Shown piece after piece: positions 47,324 through 53,620 of a stretch of 53,620 bases of DNA. The stretch spans positions 1-53,620 of the forward strand of contig JBAYHK010000006.1 of NCBI GenBank assembly GCA_041666145.1. The letters run 5' to 3'. The DNA is from Patescibacteria group bacterium. GTDB taxonomy: Bacteria; Patescibacteriota; Patescibacteriia; UBA9934. The translations under genes and the position numbers were made by a program. Below the pieces are notes generated by a model that was given only the letters and a program-made list of their open reading frames with translations, was not told the origin of the DNA and did not search any database. Numbering within the stretch: the first letter of the stretch is position 1; each line of letters opens with the position of its first letter.

Positions 47324-48222
47324 ATGAAAGAAATATTTTCTTTGTTAGATATGAAAAAGATTCATTTAAGATCACGAATTCGTATTCCTTTTGCAATCTT
47401 TATTGTTTGTATAGCAACTGCGACCGTGTTCGGCCTTCCTCCGATTACATTCTCTTTCGATATTCCACTTGTACTAACTGTTATTTCGCTTTTATTCGCC
47501 ATTCTCGTTGGTTTTTTCTTTGCGAGTGCAATGGCTAATTTTCTTCGTTTTCAAACGCTTATAACTGACGAAGATGCAACAATTATGACGATTTATAATT
47601 ATGTTGCATTGATTGATTCGGCGGGTGCAAAAAAAGTAGCGAATGTGATTGATGCCTATGTCATTGCTTCTTTTGACTATGAGTTGCTTTCTTATGCGGC
47701 AAACGTACACAAAGAGCTTCGATCTGTTATAAGTGCAGTTGATGATATTAAAACGGATGATCCTGCTGGAATTGTCATGTTCCAGAATCTTCAGTCTGCA
47801 AAGATGCATTTGTATCCTCTCAATCAAGAAATTGCCTTAACGTCAAAGTGTATTGTTTCGCCGCAGCATTGGGCAGTTATCCATCTTCTTGCTGGACTTG
47901 TGGGAGTACTTCTTTTGAGTTTGCGTGATGGGACAACGGTTACCGCATTATTTATTTCGATTCTTTTAGTTACTATTTATTTAATATTTATTTAATATTG
48001 CGACTATTACAAGAAGTTGATAGTAATCGATTGCTTGAGCGCCAGTTATCCTTTGAAAACTCACAGACCATTTTTGAAACAATAGGGAAGCTTCGATATT
48101 ATCCGCAGACTGCTCTGTCATTAATTCATCTCCCAAAGGATGTGAAGAAATATCGAGTGGGAATATATAAAGATCTTTCGAAGTCATTCGAAAAAGACAT
48201 TCAGATAGTAACCGTTAAATAA
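47324..48222 (+). pseudogene. Multi-TM membrane protein split by an 11-nt tandem duplication
   Basis: TATTTAATATT x2 at 47978-47999; removing one copy fuses ORFs 47285-47995 and 47998-48222 in frame. Confidence 0.75.
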
Positions 48223-48231
48223 CATTGGTCT

Positions 48232-48936
48232 ATGAATAAATTTTCTCTTTTACCACCAGCTGTTGCCGTTGTGACCGTTGGTGTTATTGCAGGTATATAT
48301 TTTGGAACGAAAACAATGAATGATTCGTATCGAAAAGTACATATCTGGGGGCCGGTCGTTGCAGAGATGAGTCCGATGGTGGTTGATGGTGCTGCAGTTA
48401 TTTGTATAGCACAGGGGGAATATGACATTAATATTTGGTTCCCTGGAGACAAGAATGCGCTGAATGGTGACGGCGCTTTTGAATCAGTAAAAGAAGATGC
48501 AAGAGTTATTGTTACTGGATATGACTGTAAAGCATTCGGTGGAGCTAAAGATCTTTGTGTAGAGTCGCTTGCAGACGGGCCTCAGAGTCTCTCTTTTTCG
48601 CTGAAAGATGATGTGGAATATGTTTACCTTCTTCCTGGGGGAGGGGTGGGCGATTCTACTCCGGATAGATTGGGTTTTTCAGCAAAACAACCTTCTGTAT
48701 CCAGTGACATTCTCATTCACTCCGTATGCTCTTCAGGAGAAAGTGACACGTCAGATCATGGAACGTCATATGATCAGCTTGTTTTCCCATTAACAAATCC
48801 TGCGTTTTCGTTGATGGTTGGATTTGATGAGCCGACAGATCATTTTTCTTTTATTAATCGCCCGTCAGTCGGAAAAGTTGTTGCGAATATGGATTTGTAT
48901 GTACAGGAGTCTTTGGTGAAGAGTCTGGATGAGTAG
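48232..48936 (+). CDS. Hypothetical protein with N-terminal TM or signal segment
   Basis: ORF immediately downstream of the split gene. Confidence 0.6.
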   Translation: MNKFSLLPPAVAVVTVGVIAGIYFGTKTMNDSYRKVHIWGPVVAEMSPMVVDGAAVICIAQGEYDINIWFPGDKNALNGDGAFESVKEDARVIVTGYDCKAFGGAKDLCVESLADGPQSLSFSLKDDVEYVYLLPGGGVGDSTPDRLGFSAKQPSVSSDILIHSVCSSGESDTSDHGTSYDQLVFPLTNPAFSLMVGFDEPTDHFSFINRPSVGKVVANMDLYVQESLVKSLDE

Positions 48937-48958
48937 GCAATTGAACGGGTGTATTCGA

Positions 48959-49540
48959 TTATTGAATCCGCACATCGAGCGCCGTTTCTATTGCTCCCCA
49001 GATTGCTTTCTGATTCTTTCCCGAGTGTATTGAATGTTCGATTCGTTTTACGTTCGGATACTTTTCTCCCAGAAGTTTGTGTAGTTTTTGAGCGTCGTTG
49101 GGTGCAACTTTGTCCATTTTGTTCATGATGATGGAAAAAGAGATTTGATTTTGCCGCAACCATTCCATCATTGCTTCGTCGAGCGCACTGAAAGGAATTC
49201 GTGCATCGATAACAACAAAAGTCATGCGAAGCTGTTTTGCAGTGCTGAGGTATTCGGTGATCATTTCTGAAAAGTTTTCGCGTTGCGTTTTTGATGTTTT
49301 TGCGTAGCCGTATCCCGGAAGGTCGATTAAGAAAAATCTTCCAGAAAAGTCATACAAATTCATTGTTTGCGTTCTTCCTGGTTCTCGACTTATGCGCGCA
49401 AGTTTTTTTTGATTTGCCAGATGGTTGACGAGTGATGACTTTCCAACATTTGAGCGACCAACAAAGGCAATATGTGGGCGTGGGTTGTCTGGAAGTTCTG
49501 GGAATCGTCCAACGCTTGCAAAGAATTTTGCGGGAATCAT
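48959..49540 (-). CDS. engB: Ribosome biogenesis GTPase EngB/YsxC
   Basis: GRSNVGKSS, PGRTQ, DLPGYG, NKMDK; ATG overlaps the upstream gene stop. Confidence 0.95.
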   Translation of the reverse strand: MIPAKFFASVGRFPELPDNPRPHIAFVGRSNVGKSSLVNHLANQKKLARISREPGRTQTMNLYDFSGRFFLIDLPGYGYAKTSKTQRENFSEMITEYLSTAKQLRMTFVVIDARIPFSALDEAMMEWLRQNQISFSIIMNKMDKVAPNDAQKLHKLLGEKYPNVKRIEHSIHSGKNQKAIWGAIETALDVRIQ

Positions 49541-50031
49541 AGTGGCTTTTGGATAGTTGGTGACGATAGATGTAAAGGAAGCATCCAGCGAATTCTTATA
49601 TCTAGCGGTGATTGCAGACATTCCCCTGAAAAATCAAACCAAACTCGCATGAAAGTTCGACGATCGAATGTTTTTCGCTTTCCATTGTCTGGATTGAGAA
49701 GGACGATGGTTTTTTTATTGATACCGATAACAACAGAATAGTGCCCATCGTCGTGATAAAACCAATTCACGATAACCGGGATGCCTTGTTCGATGTATGT
49801 TTGAATATCTTGTAACGAGCTTTCGGCGGCCCACGTTCCTTCAAGTCCGAGTTTGCGTGCGGCACCTAAAAGCTTTTCTGGTGTGGTCCCAATGATTGGC
49901 ATTGTTTCGGCAATATTGCTGACGGTGGCCTCATCGATCTCAATTCCAAAGTATGTAAGAACCATGCGTAAGCTCGTTGGTCCACACTGATACGGCGACT
50001 GTTTCAATGCTGGTACAGAAAGAAATTTCAT
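49537..50031 (-). CDS. C39-family cysteine peptidase-like protein
   Basis: Q..YQCGPTSL.MVL, HYSVVIG, NP triad pattern. Confidence 0.85.
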   Translation of the reverse strand: MKFLSVPALKQSPYQCGPTSLRMVLTYFGIEIDEATVSNIAETMPIIGTTPEKLLGAARKLGLEGTWAAESSLQDIQTYIEQGIPVIVNWFYHDDGHYSVVIGINKKTIVLLNPDNGKRKTFDRRTFMRVWFDFSGECLQSPLDIRIRWMLPLHLSSPTIQKPL

Positions 50032-50038
50032 ATCCTGA

Positions 50039-51499
50039 TTACACCGTAGTGAGAGTTGAGAGATCGAGAGTTTTGTCGAATCGAATTTGCTTCACAAAAT
50101 CATCAGCGTGACTTACAACCAGCATGCAGCCTTCATATTTATTGAGCGCTTGGGCGATGACGGGAAGATGACGGAAGTTAATGTGGTTTGTTGGCTCGTC
50201 AAAGATAAGAAGTCCTGGAGCTTGTGCCACGAATCGTGCAAAGCAAAGAAGTCCCTTTTGTCCTTCAGAGAGTGCACCAACTGGCGTAGCAAGAACGTCG
50301 CCATTCAGAAGGAATTTTGCGCCAATGCGTCGAAGCATTTCATTGTCTGGTTCGTCCATTGCACTTGCGAGAGATGCGTAAGCTGTTTGGCTAAAATCAA
50401 GACCAGAAAAATCTTGTTTGTAATATCCGACTTTTACATCTGGAGCAATTGAGGCTCCTTCATTGCTTCCATCTGCGAGTGAGCGTAAGAATGTGCTTTT
50501 GCCAATTCCATTTGGTCCAGAGATAAGAAGGTGCTGATTGCGACGAAGTGAAATGTTTACTGTTGCGATTTTTGGTTCGTAATTGCGAATAACTTTCACG
50601 CTCTTGATCGTCACGATCGGTTCACTGAATGGTTGTGCGGGAATTGTAAAATTGCCGATGGTGCGATCGTCACGACGAACGTCGACCATATTTTCTTCCG
50701 CTTCTTCAACTTCATCATGAAGCTTACTTGCGAGTTTGCGCATTTTTCCGCCTTTGTGTGCAAAGAAGTTCACTTTGTCTTTTCGATCTTGAATGGTTTT
50801 GAGAAGCTGGGCATTTTTTGCACGGTCACGTTCCACTCGCGCAGAAATCTCTTCAACAACGTCGGTGTAGTTGCCTTCATACTTTTCGACCTTGCCAGTG
50901 TAGATATCTAAATGAAGCACGCCCTCAGTAAAGCTATTCAAAAAATCTGCATCATGAGAAATAACAAGAACGGTTTTTGGATACATGATGATGAACGCAG
51001 TGAGATGGTCGATTCCGTCGCGATCAAGATTGTTGGTTGGTTCATCAAGGAGAAGAATGTCTGGCGACTGAATGAGTGCGTAGGCAAGAAGAAGACGGGC
51101 TTGTTGACCTCCCGAGAATTCCCCAATGATTTTATCGAGTGGCGCAATAAGATTTACGATTTCGAGAACGTCGTTAATGCGTTTGTCTAGGTTGTAATGG
51201 GATTCTTCGAAGGCATGCGCGAAGTATTCGCGAACCGTTTCCGTAAGATGCTCGCGCGCCATGACCTGTTTTGCAGTGGCAATTCTTGCTTGTGGTGCAA
51301 AGTGAACGTTGCCTTGGTCTGGCTTGAGCTCGCCAGTAATGAGCTTAAAAATAGTGCTCTTTCCGGCGCCGTTCTGACCCATGACCGTAAGTTTCGCATC
51401 TTCCCGAACAGAAAAATTTGCGTCATTCAAAAGGCGCTTTTCTGTGGTATAGCCGAAAACAACATTTTCAAACCGCGCAACAACATTTCCTTGGGCCAT
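50039..51499 (-). CDS. ABC-F family ATPase
   Basis: Two NBDs (GQNGAGKS/FSGGQQAR/DEPTNNLD; GPNGIGKS/LSEGQKG/DEPTNHI); no TM segments. Confidence 0.92.
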   Translation of the reverse strand: MAQGNVVARFENVVFGYTTEKRLLNDANFSVREDAKLTVMGQNGAGKSTIFKLITGELKPDQGNVHFAPQARIATAKQVMAREHLTETVREYFAHAFEESHYNLDKRINDVLEIVNLIAPLDKIIGEFSGGQQARLLLAYALIQSPDILLLDEPTNNLDRDGIDHLTAFIIMYPKTVLVISHDADFLNSFTEGVLHLDIYTGKVEKYEGNYTDVVEEISARVERDRAKNAQLLKTIQDRKDKVNFFAHKGGKMRKLASKLHDEVEEAEENMVDVRRDDRTIGNFTIPAQPFSEPIVTIKSVKVIRNYEPKIATVNISLRRNQHLLISGPNGIGKSTFLRSLADGSNEGASIAPDVKVGYYKQDFSGLDFSQTAYASLASAMDEPDNEMLRRIGAKFLLNGDVLATPVGALSEGQKGLLCFARFVAQAPGLLIFDEPTNHINFRHLPVIAQALNKYEGCMLVVSHADDFVKQIRFDKTLDLSTLTTV

Positions 51500-51570
51500 A
51501 GAGGCGCGGAATATAGCTGATATTCGCGGATTTGTACAGGGCAGAGGCCTAGAGTATCCTTGCCCAAATT

Positions 51571-52335
51571 ATGCAAATCCTTCTTATTCAGGTTCGTACT
51601 CATGCCATGCGTGAGCATGAATATAGGGCAATAAAAGAGAAGATGGCGCTTGATGCATTTGAGCTTATTGCTTGGGACGTGTTCAGTTCTTCTGTTCCGT
51701 CGCTTCCGATTTCTGAGTTCGATGCGGTAATTATTGGGGGGAGTGGGGAATTTTATGTTTCTGACTGGTCGATTCCAGAGCAGCTTGATTCGATAGTTTC
51801 CGTAATTAAAGAGGCGAGAAAATTGCGAAAGCCAATTTTTGGAATCTGCTTCGGCCATCAGCTTCTTGCTCATGCTCTTGGGGGAGAAGTGAGAAAAGAT
51901 GTTGCAAAACAGGAAACCGGAACATTTGAGATTACGTGTACTGAGGCTGCATCGGTAGATGAGATTTTTTCTTTAATGCCGAAGGAATTCCTCGCACAAG
52001 AAGGTCATAAAGACCATGTGGTTCGTCTTCCGAGTGGCGCGATTCATCTTGCACGAACAACACGCTCTGAATATCAGGCGTTTGTTATGCCGGGCGAGAG
52101 AATATATGGCGTGCAGTTTCATCCAGAACTTTCAAAAAAAGACATCTTGACTCGTCTTGCATATTACAAAGAACAATATTCATCTCATGATTCGATTCGC
52201 GAAATATCTGATGCTGGAGCTTCTGGGAATATAAAAGATGCCTCGAACGTAGCAATACAAACAAAAGAAACACCAGAGGCAGAAAAAATATTGATGCGTT
52301 TTAAAGATTTGGTTGCACGTAGCATCGATGAGTAA
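51571..52335 (+). CDS. Class I glutamine amidotransferase (stand-alone)
   Basis: IIGGSG, GICFGHQ, VQFHPE. Confidence 0.92.
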   Translation: MQILLIQVRTHAMREHEYRAIKEKMALDAFELIAWDVFSSSVPSLPISEFDAVIIGGSGEFYVSDWSIPEQLDSIVSVIKEARKLRKPIFGICFGHQLLAHALGGEVRKDVAKQETGTFEITCTEAASVDEIFSLMPKEFLAQEGHKDHVVRLPSGAIHLARTTRSEYQAFVMPGERIYGVQFHPELSKKDILTRLAYYKEQYSSHDSIREISDAGASGNIKDASNVAIQTKETPEAEKILMRFKDLVARSIDE

Positions 52336-52383
52336 TGCGAAAAAAGCTCCATGATGCTTCTTGTATACTCGGAGTATCGCATT

Positions 52384-53442
52384 ATGATTCCTGGTTCTCG
52401 TCATGCTATCCGCACGTATAAACGTGCTCGTGAATTTGCTGTTCAATATGAACGGTGGTTTATGCCAGCAATGCTTGTTGCTGGTACTGCGTTTGATGTG
52501 TGGCAATTTAAAGTGTTGGACTTGCGTGAGAAATTTATTCTCATGTGTGTGTACGTTGCAGTGGTCATGGGATCAATGATTTCTGCAACGTACAAGCAGT
52601 CAGAAGCATCGTCTCGACTTCGATATATCCGACTTGTGGCACCGTTTGCACAGCAATTTGCCATGGGAGGATTACTGAGCACAGCTTTGCTTTTCTATTG
52701 GTTTAGCGGAGATGTTGCGGTAACGTGGCCGATCGTTACTTTAGTGGCGTTTCTCATGATTTCGAATGAGACACTTCGTCACATTGTGCTTCGTCCATTA
52801 GTTCAAGTTGGAATTCTTTCTTTTGCGCTCTTTTCGCTTTGTGCCATTTGGTTTGCGCATCTTTTCCATTCGTTGAGTTGGCCAGTATTCCTTGCTGGAG
52901 GATTTACAAGCATGGTGGTGATGACTGGGTTGCTAACCTTACTCATTCGCCTTGGAGATTTGTACAAAGACCGCATGCGAATGTGGACGGTTATGGCTGG
53001 AGTTTTTGCTTTTATGAATGTTTGTTACTTTTTTAATATTATTCCGCCAATTCCGCTTGCGCTTCGAGACGCTACCATGGCATACAGCATTGCAGATGAC
53101 TTCACGTTATCTGCTCCGGAAGAATCCTGGCTTGATCAGCTCATTCCGGGACAAGAGATCCTTCTTACTCCAGGGAATGCGCTTTATGCCTATACGGCGA
53201 TTTATGCGCCAGAAGATGTTTCCGCGATAATTGTTCACGTCTGGGAGCGCTATGACGAAGATCAGAAAAATTGGGTTGCAGAACATAGGCTTACGTTTAC
53301 CATCATTGGTGGACGATCAGACGGATACAGGGGATATTCAATGGTTTCTTCTCTAGCCGCTGGGAAATGGCGCGTAAGCGTGGAAACGGTTTCTGGACAG
53401 GTGCTTGGAAGAATTGGTTTTTCGATTGTGACAGGGAGGTGA
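52384..53442 (+). CDS. Multi-TM membrane protein with C-terminal DUF2914-like Ig domain
   Basis: About 8 TM segments, then AYTAIYAP...H.W...GYRGYS...G.WRVSVET...LGR..F. Confidence 0.8.
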   Translation: MIPGSRHAIRTYKRAREFAVQYERWFMPAMLVAGTAFDVWQFKVLDLREKFILMCVYVAVVMGSMISATYKQSEASSRLRYIRLVAPFAQQFAMGGLLSTALLFYWFSGDVAVTWPIVTLVAFLMISNETLRHIVLRPLVQVGILSFALFSLCAIWFAHLFHSLSWPVFLAGGFTSMVVMTGLLTLLIRLGDLYKDRMRMWTVMAGVFAFMNVCYFFNIIPPIPLALRDATMAYSIADDFTLSAPEESWLDQLIPGQEILLTPGNALYAYTAIYAPEDVSAIIVHVWERYDEDQKNWVAEHRLTFTIIGGRSDGYRGYSMVSSLAAGKWRVSVETVSGQVLGRIGFSIVTGR

Positions 53443-53620
53443 AACTTGCATATATTATTTTAGAATTTGAGCATGTTTGTGCTTGTATTTTGAGTAAATT
53501 AACCCGCTTTACCGCGCCAGCTTGCTGCGCGGTACCGCTAACCAGTACGCTTGGAGCGTATGCGAGCGGTCAAGATATCGGAACATAACGTTTATCAAAT
53601 CCACTACCATTTTGTTGCAC

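Noticed and set aside
53505-53575. Two tandem hairpins near the window end
   Set aside because: They lie at the window edge without context and cannot be distinguished from an ordinary terminator or palindromic repeat.

Overview
This 53.6 kb window looks like a chromosome segment from a Patescibacteria (CPR) bacterium. That taxonomy is inferred from gene content and leader style, not confirmed. Housekeeping genes (cysS, rnj, dnaG-rpoD, typA, engB, an ABC-F, ABC transporters, a VirD4/HerA-like ATPase) alternate with self-contained orphan genes and surface proteins. There are three tRNAs: Ser-GGA, Pro-CGG and Asn-GTT. The standout feature is an integrase-free array of mostly single-gene cassettes anchored on the 3' end of tRNA-Asn (27364-34056). 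Ten copies of the tRNA 3' core (GGAGCCA-like) delimit nine units. Seven cores are preceded by a related arm that reads on the minus strand as a W-L-H-I-V-(D/E)-x-x-R-T-like peptide tail, and most are followed by a hairpin. Three genes are broken by single lesions (two in-frame TAG codons, one 11-nt duplication), and a fourth may be (homopolymer). Host genes appear largely SD-less or leaderless, while orphan genes carry textbook promoters and Shine-Dalgarno (SD) sites. Coordinates outside the ORF track were counted by hand and may be off by a base or two.
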